Shown here: in pieces, positions 33,423 through 44,295 of the stretch
Layout of the letters: every line of letters begins with the position of its first letter
Numbering within the stretch: position 1 is the first letter of the stretch
DNA from: a virus
Taxonomy: Duplodnaviria > Caudoviricetes
Virus record (IMG/VR): IMGVR_UViG_3300042527_000500
Coordinates: 1 to 57,977 of that record
Direction: 5' to 3' (one strand)
Length of the DNA: 57,977 bases
Notes under the pieces: generated by a model
Database searches by the model: none
What the model saw: only the letters and a program-made list of their open reading frames with translations
Told to the model about the DNA's origin: nothing
Program-made: the position numbers and the translations under genes

Positions 33423-33645
33423 TTACGCACCCTCACGATAAAGTCCAACACTAACATTTCCATCCTTATAATTCTCATTACGATTATAAGCAGGAAAATT
33501 CTTCAGATGAGGATTAATGTGGCTAAGGAAAGAGTCTGTAAACTTAGCCCCTTCCCAAAAATCCTTAAAAATCTTAACCTGTTCAATACTGTTATCACGA
33601 CAAACAATAAAAACCCAATTCATCAGTTCCTCCGTTGTTGAACGT

Positions 33646-33674
33646 AGTATAACACTGTTATCGGCGTTTGTCAA
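33646..33674 (-). promoter_or_regulatory. nested sigma70/sigma28-like promoter
   Basis: TTGACA-17-TATACT; TCAA-16-GCCGATAA. Confidence 0.8.
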
Positions 33675-33939
33675 TGCGGCCTTGACTCATTTTGACTCAT
33701 TTACGACAAAATCAGTCATCTCATTACCATCCTCGTCCTCATACCCATAAGTAAGATTCTCAATAATATCCCTAACTTTTTCCTTATAGGCTTCTTCGTC
33801 AACAGTTTCTAGCCAACTATCTAACAGATCATACGCTATTTCTTCATGAATAGCATTTTTAAATTCTTTCGGCCAATCTTTTTTCGTAAAAATTTGTCGA
33901 AGTTCATACGGATTATATTCATCAAAAATATTATCCATC

Positions 33940-34215
33940 TCAGATATTAACTCCGCTTCGCCCAAGAGCAATTCTCACGCCCATCTTCTTATTATAATTT
34001 TCCTTCTTGCTACACATAGCAAGACCACGAAAATGCTGTCCATCTGGACTGTCAATAATTACCTGGGTAGAACCACCCTTACTATCTGGATCAACAGGAG
34101 CATTTTGTTGAATATATTCGTGAGCCCCTACTTGCCAAGCATGATAGCCATTATAAAGACGATTATGAAGAACCTTTACCTTATAGCCCATATTTCGCAG
34201 TTGTTGAACGGTCAT
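33940..34215 (-). CDS. hypothetical phage protein
   Basis: Start MTVQQ after GGAG; KGGST..GLAMCSKKENYNKKMGVRIALGR. Confidence 0.65.
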   Translation of the reverse strand: MTVQQLRNMGYKVKVLHNRLYNGYHAWQVGAHEYIQQNAPVDPDSKGGSTQVIIDSPDGQHFRGLAMCSKKENYNKKMGVRIALGRSGVNI

Positions 34216-34244
34216 TTTATCTCCAATGTTAGGGTTTTGAGTCG

Positions 34245-34272
34245 AGTATACCATAGTATCGGCAGTTGTCAA
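34245..34272 (-). promoter_or_regulatory. nested sigma70/sigma28-like promoter
   Basis: TTGACA-16-TATACT; TAAA-16-GCCGATAC. Confidence 0.8.
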
Positions 34273-35010
34273 CAATTTCTTTAATCATCGGTAGCATCAT
34301 CAATATACCAAATATGACCATGTTCTTCACTGAACGCTTCCAAATCCATTTCCAGACACTCAATAATATTGTCTGCTTCTTCGCTGTCAGGATCAATGCC
34401 AGGATAATCAATTACTACATAAACTTTCATTGAACATTATCCTCCATCCACGCTCTGCTCTCTCTAAGATAACGAATAACATAGTTAGCAGCATTACTCA
34501 CACTATCATTAAAATGATAATGAGCATCCAGCATATTCTTGATAGTCATTCTTTCATCATCATTAAGATTGGTCATATCAGCACCATCATATTCTGCGTC
34601 GATATAATCAGCAACTTCGTGAGCAAAATCCTTAAAAGAATATTCAGTATTCATGTAGTTACCTCAATGTGCCATTTATTTCCGTGAAGTTCAGCAACAA
34701 CGCCCATATTCAGTTTAACGAGTTCGGCCACAATAGCCGCCAACTTTTCTGTTTCGTTAAGATAAAGATAGATCATTTAACATCCTCCTTGAATGAGTTA
34801 TCAAAACTCTGAAAAAGACCATCAACATCTTCAATGCTATATGCGTAGTTAAAATGACCATTATCTTTAGCGTGTTTCATATCTTCTACAAGATTTTCCA
34901 AAGCATCAAGAATAATTTCCATATCATGCTTTTCAATGTAATAGTTCATATTAACTCTCATTAACCCTTTGTATGAGTATACCATAGTTCGTTTCCTTCG
35001 TTCTGCTGCC

Positions 35011-35039
35011 AGTATACACTACTTATCGGCAGTTGTCAA
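35011..35039 (-). promoter_or_regulatory. nested sigma70/sigma28-like promoter
   Basis: TTGACA-17-TATACT; TCAA-16-GCCGATAA. Confidence 0.8.
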
Positions 35040-35400
35040 CTGCTACTTGACCCATTCATCGAATCCATAACTCATAGCATCCTCAATATTGCTCTCAGGA
35101 TGCTTCTTCATATATTTTAGAGCAAAAAGAACAACCTCTGGTACAAGACCATATTTATGGGCATCTCTAATAAAAACACTCACAATATCAAGTTCAGTAT
35201 TAATATCTCTCATGCTTAACCAATAACCTTGTAGATAAAATCGGCTAACGCCTTTAATTCATCCTTAGATACAGGAGGACTAACAACGTGATTTTTTGTA
35301 GGAGCAAGCATTATGCTATATTCATACTTTAATCCATCAACAGCATCATAACTATTTATGAATAAGTTAAAATAATCTGCTTTAAATGAATGGGAGTTAT

Positions 35401-35574
35401 TCATTTGAATTTAACCACAATTTTTTCTATATTATGTCTTAGTTTTAACAAGTCATCATATCTGATAAATTGTACATTTTGGTTAGTTTGAGACTTAATT
35501 TTATATGCACTCTTATCAAAAGACATATGATAAGTTTGACCATTATCAAGAGTATAAATAGTTGGCTGAATCAT
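35401..35574 (-). CDS. 57-aa hypothetical protein, paralog of 39563-39739
   Basis: MIQPTIYTLDNGQTY..DDLLKLRHNIEKIVVKFK (manual translation). Confidence 0.7.
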   Translation of the reverse strand: MIQPTIYTLDNGQTYHMSFDKSAYKIKSQTNQNVQFIRYDDLLKLRHNIEKIVVKFK

Positions 35575-36275
35575 TTCTTAGCCTTTTTCTTAGATAATCT
35601 TGTTTCAGACTTTCTTGACTGAGGGGCTTTAGGAATCTCTTTCCACATTTTATCCACCAGATTCATTTCTATAATGCGATATGGTCGCCCATCAAAGTCA
35701 GCATTTAAAAAGTGTGACTCTGCGATCTTACGAGTTTTACAAACCATTTCTACGCTCTCATAAATAGACGCAGCACCATATTCACAAACTATAGCATAAA
35801 CTTTCATAGAAAAGCCTTTCCCCACATATATTTACCATTAAGAGTTTTTCCATATCGCTTAATAGTAAAAACTGTCAATTTAAAATCTTCTTCATAAATA
35901 CAATCATGACGCTCAAACCAATCAGCAGCATCAGCCCAGTTATTAAATATCAAACATTCTGGAAATGGGCCAAGATTCCCAAGACTAGCAATCTCAATAG
36001 GATCAAAATATAGTACAAGTTTATTCATTGTTTTTCTCCATTTATCTCATAATTCCAAGTTCCATCATCATGCAAAGTAAGATTAACACGAGAATTGCTA
36101 TCATAAAGACCAAAAACAATAGTAGTATCATTAATAGGATTATCTTCCATAGAATCTTCACAATTGATAACTGTTACATCAATATCTGTTCTAAGAGGAT
36201 AACCTTTTAAAGTCTTAATTTTCTTACCAAGTTCATTTATAGTCATTATTTTTCTCCAAGTAGGGGTTTTAATCA

Positions 36276-36303
36276 AGTATACAGCAGTATCGTCACTTGT
36301 CAA
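36276..36303 (-). promoter_or_regulatory. nested promoter
   Basis: TTGACA-16-TATACT; TAAAG..GACGATAC. Confidence 0.75.
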
Positions 36304-36352
36304 GGTACGTCTTTAAGAAAAGTGTATATCCTTAATATATATGGAGGTACAA

Positions 36353-36478
36353 ATGGTATATATTTTATTTGTAATATTAGCTATATTATTGGCAGATTTG
36401 ATTGCTGGTATATTTCATTGGTGGGAAGATAGGTACGGCAATGATTGTTTCATTTCTTTTTCCTATTCATCCAAATGA
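36353..36478 (+). pseudogene. truncated CarF/TMEM189-like lipid desaturase fragment
   Basis: GGAGG SD; MVYILFVILAILLADLIAGIFHWWEDRYGN, then loss of similarity and a stop at 41 aa. Confidence 0.55.
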
Positions 36479-37694
36479 CACAACAGAATAATTACCGTCC
36501 TCATATACGCATCCATATACTTCATATACTTCATATCCAAATTCATACTTTTCACTCATATCAACAAACATTTTCATTTCGTCTAAGATACTCTTATTAG
36601 ATTGATATTTAGGGAGTGCGAGTTCTTTTTTATTGGCTATATCCTGTAAAATGTCTGAGGATACAATGGTGAGTTTTTTACCTTTGTAAATATATGACTC
36701 ATATGAACCAGATATATTCTTAAAAAGTAAAATTCCGGCCATCATTGGCAATAAAGATTTAATAAGACTTCTTCTATTCATTTCTTTTCTCCAAAATCTA
36801 AAAACTCAGGATTAATAAGATCAATCATATAATCTGTGGCAGCACCTAGCATAGTTTCACTATCACATTTAACTAGAATATCATTAAGATCAAATACTAT
36901 CTTATCAACCAATTCACAAACTGATTCAAAATCATTACGATCCAGAGTCTCTAGTTCTTTTTTGATATTCACTCCATTCATTTCTTTTCCCCATTAGGAT
37001 CAAATCCTGTTAGTTGATAATAAAATTGCATTAATCGTTCAATTCTTAGACGAACTGTATCATAATGCTCCTGTTCTTCTACACAGTCAATAGTATCTAG
37101 ATAATCTTGCACACATGAAATAGCAATGCCAATATCTTCAGCAAGAGTTGGTTTAGTCACTTCTTTTCCCCAATAGTATCATAAAGAAAATCGGCTAATC
37201 CCTTGGCTTCCTCTTTAGTCAACTTCATTTTCATCCATTCCCAAGATATAACATTATTAATAGTAAGATCAATAAGACCCCCATTATGCTCAACATTAAA
37301 GTTAAAAACATCAGCCTTATAACAATCTTTAGTAACAATACTCATTGATTATTCTCCATCTTGAGGAACTATCTTGTAATCATCAACCACACACTGTTGC
37401 AAAAGATTAACAGAGGTTTCCAATAAGAAATTAGTTGTTTTCAAATCATCAGCAAGAGTATGTTCTATATTACCACCATTAAGAAGTCCTAACATAAAAA
37501 GTCTTTCTTCATAGTCAAGCAAGAACTCTTGAACATTTTTTCTGAGTTTATCGTTCATTCTTCATTATCTCCAAAATATTTATATACAATTCAGTGGTTA
37601 ATATATCAATATCTCCAAGAGGAATTTTAGTTACAGTTTTAACCATGCGATAGTTCCAAGACATAATTTAATTCTCCAAAGACAACCTTTTGGT

Positions 37695-38204
37695 TTAGAC
37701 TTTTAGACCCATTTGTTTCATTTGAAGTAATGCTTCAGCATTACCTATAGCATCATTTACCGGATTGTGGTCGTGAATAGTTTTTCTAAGATGTTTCCAA
37801 GATGATCTCATATCCAATTTCATACCACAAAATAAGTCGCCTATTCTTCTGCCAGAATATCCAAAAGGATTTTCTCCAATAAAATAATGAAAATAATAGT
37901 TTATCCACTGCCAATCATAACACGGATTATCGCTTATAAAGATAGGCTTACCCTTACTGTTTTCTTTTATCCAATAACTAAACTTTACCATTACATCATA
38001 TGGATTATCAAAATTTTCATGTTGTTCTCTAGTAAATCCACTTATTTTTAATGTGTCTGGTTGATAGTTTTTAGAAATAGGCTTTGTTTGTCCATAAAAT
38101 GTTTCGTTTAGATTTTCGTCAAAAATTACCGCACCAAAACAAATCATACTATATTCACAGGGAATAGGCCCATCGCTTTCAACATCAACAACAATAAGAG
38201 ACAT
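37695..38204 (-). CDS. DEDDh 3'-5' exonuclease
   Basis: VVDVESDG, YDWQW, HNPVNDA. Confidence 0.85.
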   Translation of the reverse strand: MSLIVVDVESDGPIPCEYSMICFGAVIFDENLNETFYGQTKPISKNYQPDTLKISGFTREQHENFDNPYDVMVKFSYWIKENSKGKPIFISDNPCYDWQWINYYFHYFIGENPFGYSGRRIGDLFCGMKLDMRSSWKHLRKTIHDHNPVNDAIGNAEALLQMKQMGLKV

Positions 38205-39562
38205 TACTCTATCTCCAAAATATTGATATACAATTCTGTAGTTAATATATCAACATCCTGAATCTCATCTTCTGATAAAATATTATCCATATTACTAGCA
38301 TACTCACTAATATCACCACAATGAGATGGCGAATTAATATCGTTGCTCTGTTTCCAGAACCTGAGTTGTTGCTCAAGAAATTCTATCACTTTGATTTGTT
38401 TATCTGAAGGTTTCATTCTTCATTCTCTCTATACAAAGGATAGTCTTGTTCATTCTTTAGTAGTTTTTCGGCCAATCCCAATATCTCCCTCTCACTCCAA
38501 CCACTAAAATATCCCCTCATATAAATTTGGGTCAATTCATTACGAGGAGTATTCTCATAATATTTCTGCACAGATTCTATCCAAGTTTTGGTGGCTTGTT
38601 GTAGACGATTCATTTGTTATACTCAACTATCCTATCTATAAATTTTAGACATTGCATAAATGCAATAAAATAAAGAAGATAATATTCCCAACGAGGTATA
38701 GTTATCATTAGTTATTCTCCAAATATTCACAAATCATACTACTCAAACCTATTGGCACAATTACTACAAAAAACAAAAATCCCAAAATCAATAGTGAGTA
38801 TACTATAATATCCTCTTTAGTTAGTTTCATTTCTTTTCCTCAAAGACTTTCATAAAATTTTCTTTCTGTTCTTTAGTGGGTCTTAAAATCACAGGGTTGT
38901 CTTTAGGATTCGCCCACAATGGAATAATATGTCCATCAGAACAGTTATTTCGATGAGCAACTGCTTGATGATATGATACAAAAACAGAATAAGAATCTGG
39001 TTGCATAACGGCCCATGCCATAGGCTCTCGTTCAATCATCATTTCTTTTCCCTGCAAAAAAAGTTTCGTTCCATACAAATCCTAACAAAAATCCAACAGA
39101 TAGCATATTAATCAAAGGATCGCTCCAAACTAAAAGAGAACATATAAAAATAGCAGTGCTAAAATAGACTATTACTACTTTATGTATTATAGTCCAATCC
39201 ATAATTACTTATTCTCCAAATCAGTTGGTCGATAACAACCGCCATATACTAGCATTGTTTTATCAGCACATTGTTCCCATAACACTTCTCGTTCTTTTAG
39301 TCTACGAATCTCTGCAATTAATTGTCCAACAACTTCATCACCAGGAGGAGGAAGCAAATGTCTACAAATATCCATGCGACCTATTTCATCTTGTTCCATT
39401 AGTTATTCTCCAATAGTTTCTTCTAACAGACTAATAGCCGTTTCTAAAAACAAATCATAATCGGCCAATCCCATAGTCTCATCATCAATAGTATTATCCC
39501 AACTAACAATAAAGTTCTTGATTCTATCCTTGAGTTCGTTAGTCATTATTTTTCTCCAAATT

Positions 39563-39739
39563 TTACTTTTTAAACTTAATAGTAATCTTATCAATATTCT
39601 CTCTTAGTTTCAATAGATCATCCATAGTCAAAAACTTGATCCTTTTAATAGTTTGGAACTTCACATGATCTTTTGTTCGTTCAAAATCTATTTGATAAGT
39701 TTTCCCCTCATCAAGAGTATAAATGGTAGGTTCGATCAT
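39563..39739 (-). CDS. hypothetical protein, paralog of 35401-35574
   Basis: MIEPTIYTLDEGKTY..DDLLKLRENIDKITIKFKK. Confidence 0.7.
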   Translation of the reverse strand: MIEPTIYTLDEGKTYQIDFERTKDHVKFQTIKRIKFLTMDDLLKLRENIDKITIKFKK

Positions 39740-39776
39740 TTTGTGGGTTTCATACAGATTTTGTGGGTTTTGGTGT

Positions 39777-39805
39777 ATTCTACCATAGAACTTATCGGTA
39801 GTCAA
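39777..39805 (-). promoter_or_regulatory. sigma70-type promoter with ACCGATAA box
   Basis: TTGACT-17-TAGAAT. Confidence 0.7.
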
Positions 39806-39816
39806 GAGGCACTAAC

Positions 39817-40437
39817 ATGAGAAAATGTTTAGATTGTGACAAAGAATTAGTTGATGCTAAAGGGCCAAAAAAACGTTGTGATATTTGTAATAAAGAACAC
39901 AGAAAACTATATTTAAGAGCAAGAGAAAATAACCCAAAAAGAAAACAACAAAATATAGGGCGTCAAAAAAGATTTTATTACAATAATAAAGATAAACGTA
40001 AAGAATATAGTAAAAAATATAGAAATGGTAAAAATAGAGATAATTATTTAAAGAAAAAAAGAGAAAGAAATAAAAAATATAATCAAAATAATTTGCAGTA
40101 TAAATTATGCAACGCATTAAGAACTAGGTTATATATTTCTCTTAAAAAACAAGGATTAAAGAAAAATGATTCAACTATGGAGTTAGTCGGATGTTCCAAA
40201 ATACAGTTAATAGAATATTTAGAGTCTCAATTTAAGGATGGAATGTGTTGGCAAAATTGGTCATTAAATGGTTGGCATATTGACCATATTCGCCCTGTAT
40301 CTTCATTTGATTTATCTGATCCTGCTCAAGTTAAAGAATGTTTCCATTTCTCTAATTTGCAACCATTATGGGCTATAGAAAATCTGAAAAAATCAGATTC
40401 GTGGGATGAAGGCCCGCAGGATGATATATTATTTTGA
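39817..40437 (+). CDS. HNH-type (homing) endonuclease, opposite strand
   Basis: Basic N-terminus with CxxC; WHIDHIRPVSSFDL..CFHFSNLQPLWAIENLKK. Confidence 0.85.
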   Translation: MRKCLDCDKELVDAKGPKKRCDICNKEHRKLYLRARENNPKRKQQNIGRQKRFYYNNKDKRKEYSKKYRNGKNRDNYLKKKRERNKKYNQNNLQYKLCNALRTRLYISLKKQGLKKNDSTMELVGCSKIQLIEYLESQFKDGMCWQNWSLNGWHIDHIRPVSSFDLSDPAQVKECFHFSNLQPLWAIENLKKSDSWDEGPQDDILF

Positions 40438-40688
40438 TTTGTTGCCCATTACATCCCTATTTACCATAATTAAAGAATTGATTATTAGAAACAAGAGGCT
40501 TAACACTCCTAAGACGAGAATGAATAATGGTCAAATTTCGTGCTTCTGGAGTGATTTTTTCGTGAAGATAGTCACCAACTACCCTTTTAAGGAGGGCGAT
40601 TTCTTTATCGGTCAGAAGAACATTCCTATACATAAATCTTCATTTTCCCCGTTAAATATTAAGAAAACTACCACTACTACACTGATCC

Positions 40689-40752
40689 AGTATACCAGAG
40701 AAAACACTGGTTGTCAATACCCTTTATCGGCCATTTCCTATACTGGCCTTTA
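40689..40752 (-). promoter_or_regulatory. tandem (not nested) sigma28-like and sigma70 promoters
   Basis: TAAA-17-GCCGATAA lies wholly upstream of TTGACA-17-TATACT. Confidence 0.7.
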
Positions 40753-41347
40753 ACCATTTTCCACCACGGCATAAGATAATAAGTGGAAATTAATTACTTT
40801 AACAGCAAACTGTGTGCTATTAGAGATTATTCACTCGCTTTGGCTTCATTATACGATTTGAAAGATGTAAATTCGGCACTATTTGAATGGTTTGAAAATG
40901 AATTTTGTAGGAAGATGCGAGCAGAAACCATGGAAACTATAGTGACAAATGCAATTAGGAACAAACTTTTGATGAAAGGAATATGAAATTGATCGTTTTT
41001 CATTTTTCGCCCTTTGAGATAAAAATGGTGAGAATAGTACAAAATATGTAAAGGACTCCCATGAAAGTCCAGACTGTTAATTCCTGACTACTCACAAGGA
41101 TACCCATAAGTTTGTTGCAGATAGTGAATAAATAGGCCATATAATATTAATGAACAATATAAAATGACCAAACCATAATCCTGTAAAATTCCTAACTCAT
41201 TATCGGCCATAGTACACCATGATTTTGTATAGGGCGTATATTGAAAGTATGAGAACTAATGATGAGATCATGATAGCCGTATTTTTATCTTGTATTAATA
41301 CTGGCGCCAATGGTTTTCTAATGATAGTTTGAGCCAACAGATTCATG

Positions 41348-41755
41348 TTACATAATCTCTCTTTGAGCACTAATAAAATATTGATTACTCTCTGTCTTAA
41401 GAAAGGTAATATACTTTTCAAAAACCGATTTAGTCACTTCAATAAATTGTTGTTCACCCTTGCAAACTTTGTCAAGAAAAGAACCTTTGTTGTCACTAAT
41501 ACTATATTTGGGAAATGGATCAAATAATTTCTTACCATTATTGCCCCTTACATAATATTTGTATTGAGCAGGATTAGAGTTCTTCATATCTCTGCTTAAT
41601 CCACTCTTAATAACCTTGGCGAAAACTTTGTCACCATCTTTGTTTACTCTGTAGAACTCATCATCATCTGTGAATTCTTGATATTGAAATGTGGTATAGT
41701 ATTTACTGTCCACATTAGTATTCTTAACAATAAAATCTTGAGATGTTATTTTCAT
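41348..41755 (-). CDS. hypothetical protein
   Basis: 135-aa ORF. Confidence 0.6.
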   Translation of the reverse strand: MKITSQDFIVKNTNVDSKYYTTFQYQEFTDDDEFYRVNKDGDKVFAKVIKSGLSRDMKNSNPAQYKYYVRGNNGKKLFDPFPKYSISDNKGSFLDKVCKGEQQFIEVTKSVFEKYITFLKTESNQYFISAQREIM

Positions 41756-42197
41756 AAATTTCCACTGACTGTACCCATAGAAACCAAATCCATTAGTTTA
41801 GGTGGGACTAATGAATCATACATTTATAATAGAGTTTACAACTTTACTCAACAATACAATTTTTTATTACAAATCCTTGTATTCTAATTTGGGCAACGGA
41901 CTATCTCCATTATGATCACTAATAGTTTCTAACTTAATAACTAATACTTTATGAACAAGTTCGCTCTGGGGAAATTTGTTGACTAATTTTTGTATATCAC
42001 CCAAGATCTTATTACCATCAATATTAGTATTAAGAGTATAATAGATCATAATTCTACTGACTGTTTCTATAATTGCGAACAGGAATATTTAGCTGAGACT
42101 AAGAGGCTTATAAAAAGTTCAGACTATTAGTATTCCGCTGACTGTTATCATAAAAATCGACCCGAAAAGATAGGCTGAAACATTTAGCCCACAAAAA

Positions 42198-42270
42198 AGC
42201 AACAAGCGGGATTCGAACCCGCGACAGCCAGATTGGAAATCTAGTACTCTACCAACTGAGTTATTGTTGC
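42198..42270 (-). tRNA. tRNA-Gly(TCC)
   Basis: GCAACAA..CTAGA-TT-TCC-AA-TCTGG..GCGGG-TTCGAAT-CCCGC-TTGTTGC-T. Confidence 0.92.
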
Positions 42271-42276
42271 ATTAAA

Positions 42277-42347
42277 AGCAAGAGACGGGACTCGAACCCG
42301 TATAATCAGGGTTGAAACCTGCCACTCTGCCATTGAGTTACTCTTGC
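42277..42347 (-). tRNA. tRNA with TCA anticodon (opal suppressor, Gly-type body)
   Basis: GCAAGAG-TA-ACTC-AATGGCA-GAGT-G-GCAGG-TT-TCA-AC-CCTGA-TTAT-ACGGG-TTCGAGT-CCCGT-CTCTTGC-T. Confidence 0.8.
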
Positions 42348-42358
42348 TAAAGCATAAC

Positions 42359-42407
42359 CCCCAACTACGCCTCATACTATTTGGAGATAATATGAGACGC
42401 ATTGGGG
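42359..42407 (-). other. long hairpin upstream of the tRNA pair
   Basis: CCCCAA-TGCGTCTCATATTAT/ATAGTATGAGGCGTA-GTTGGGG. Confidence 0.6.
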
Positions 42408-42423
42408 AATACTTTTTAGTTAC

Positions 42424-42765
42424 TCACTGACAGTTACAACCACCAGAAACAACAGTTGTACGATTAACCAGACGACGCCTTACTGGTTGATACTTAACAA
42501 CTTCCTTGGTTGCACTTCCACAACAATCAGTTGCTACAGTTTCAGTGCAACAACGATTAGGAGTAACAATAGCGACCACTGAACGTACAGGGGCAATTGC
42601 TACTACTGCACGAACAGGAGCAACAACAACTTCCTTAGTAATATTAACAACCTTACGAACTGGTCTGACTAGTGGTGCTGAACAAACTCCATTAGCACAT
42701 TCACCAGCATAAACTGAACTAACCATACCGACCACAATCATAAGAGCAATAACAAAATTCTTCAT
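42424..42765 (-). CDS. secreted Cys/Val-rich protein, planctomycete style
   Basis: Signal peptide ..VYA-G; CANGVC, repeated (A/R/Q)PVR motifs, C-terminal GGCNCQ. Confidence 0.7.
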   Translation of the reverse strand: MKNFVIALMIVVGMVSSVYAGECANGVCSAPLVRPVRKVVNITKEVVVAPVRAVVAIAPVRSVVAIVTPNRCCTETVATDCCGSATKEVVKYQPVRRRLVNRTTVVSGGCNCQ

Positions 42766-43449
42766 AGAATCTCCTTTGTTAAAAAAAAGTAAAATTGCCA
42801 AATCCATTTGACACTACATAACCATATGGTATAGTAGATTAATCGGCCTAACCGTCAAGGTGATAATCCATTTTCAAGTATCTCTTTAATGATGGCATTG
42901 TATAATATTTCATTGGGATCAAAAGAATCTTTAGATTTGTTCTTATCGAGATATTCTTGAGCAACATCAGTATAATCTCCATCAAAAACAAACTGTTTAT
43001 CTTTTGGATAATCCACAATACTGCCAGCTAAAGACAAGCTTATCACCAGTGGTTTAAACATAATAATTTCTTAGTGATAATTAATGTCGGATTTAATTTC
43101 TGTTATGCAGAAATCCGATTGAAGACAAGTTTATCACGGGATTAGAATAGTATTATTAGAAACGTCCCAGATTAGGATTAGAAACCAAACCAAGAATCAC
43201 GGCTGAACAGATAAAAAATCCTAGAATAAAACACCTCAGTTTCTAGTTACATACTTGTTACAACCACCACACCACCATTATACCACACTCCACCCTTGAC
43301 GCAAGTGCTTTGTTTATAAGGACTTACATCAAATAGTGAGCGTTGGGTAAAAAAACGTTATCTTGACACACAATCCACAGAGTCATATATATTATGCAGG
43401 GCGCAAGGATATAATACTTATTATACTAATAAACTCTTAGGAGAACTCT

Positions 43450-43590
43450 ATGGACGATCTAATATTTACCACAGTGGGCAAACTATACTTTGAAGTTATG
43501 CGTCTGCAACAAATGATAGAAAATCAACAGAAATTAATAGCAGATTTGGAGAACAAATTACAATCCCCTTTATCGTCAAACCCAAAGTGA
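43450..43590 (+). CDS. 46-aa coiled-coil protein
   Basis: AGGAG SD; MDDLIFTTVGKLYFEVMRLQQMIENQQKLIADLENKL..; TTGACA at 43363. Confidence 0.55.
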   Translation: MDDLIFTTVGKLYFEVMRLQQMIENQQKLIADLENKLQSPLSSNPK

Positions 43591-43693
43591 GACTAGGCAA
43601 GAAAAAGTCTAAAAAGGTCAACTTGCCACAGCAACTAGCAGAGCTATAATAATCCTGCAACATCAGTTACTAGCTATTTTGGGTTCACACGAT

Positions 43694-43891
43694 CTAAATG
43701 TTTCTCAAATCTAAACTCCAATTCCTCTTAGCAAATCTTTTCAGTGGATGAATTGCCCGTTCACCAATATGACATGAATAAAATGGTTTAGTAGTATCAG
43801 GATGATAAATCTTAACAATACTACCATTACCACTATCAATAGAGTATCCCAACTTAGACAGTTCCCGCAGAATTTCTTTAATATTTTTCAT
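43694..43891 (-). CDS. HicA-like small protein
   Basis: ILRELSKLGYSIDSGNGSIVKIYHP..SCH pattern. Confidence 0.4.
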   Translation of the reverse strand: MKNIKEILRELSKLGYSIDSGNGSIVKIYHPDTTKPFYSCHIGERAIHPLKRFAKRNWSLDLRNI

Positions 43892-44100
43892 TTTTCAAAG
43901 GGCTCCGTTAAAGATCAGACTACTCTTAAACTATTAATAAGGGGCCAAAATATTCTAGAATAGATTATGAGACTATTTTATTCCACCATATTACTATTCT
44001 GCACCATGACTCTATTGTACCATACGCTACTATTTGCCGCAAGGTGTTGTATTTCATAGAGTTACGAAAAGATCAACTGTTTACTATTGTTGGATTTTAC

Positions 44101-44138
44101 GCTGACTAACAGCAACGACAGCAAATCCGGTGGATTAG
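44101..44138. repeat. family-B 38-bp element, copy 1
   Basis: GCTGACTAA-N12-CAAATCCGGTGGATTAG. Confidence 0.7.
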
Positions 44139-44295
44139 ATAGGACAAAAGAATAGGAATAAGATATATTGTAATAAGACTCATACTAAAAATATCAAATA
44201 TCATTCTTGTTCTAACTCCTTACAGCCACAGCACTTACATCCATTGTATCGTCATTCCAGCCATTCGTCTATAGGGTGGTTGTGAGATACTTTCG

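Noticed and set aside
42277-42347. Selenocysteine or Trp assignment of the TCA tRNA
   Set aside because: No long variable arm or 8-bp acceptor (Sec), and U73 rather than G73 (Trp). A Cys origin cannot be fully excluded.
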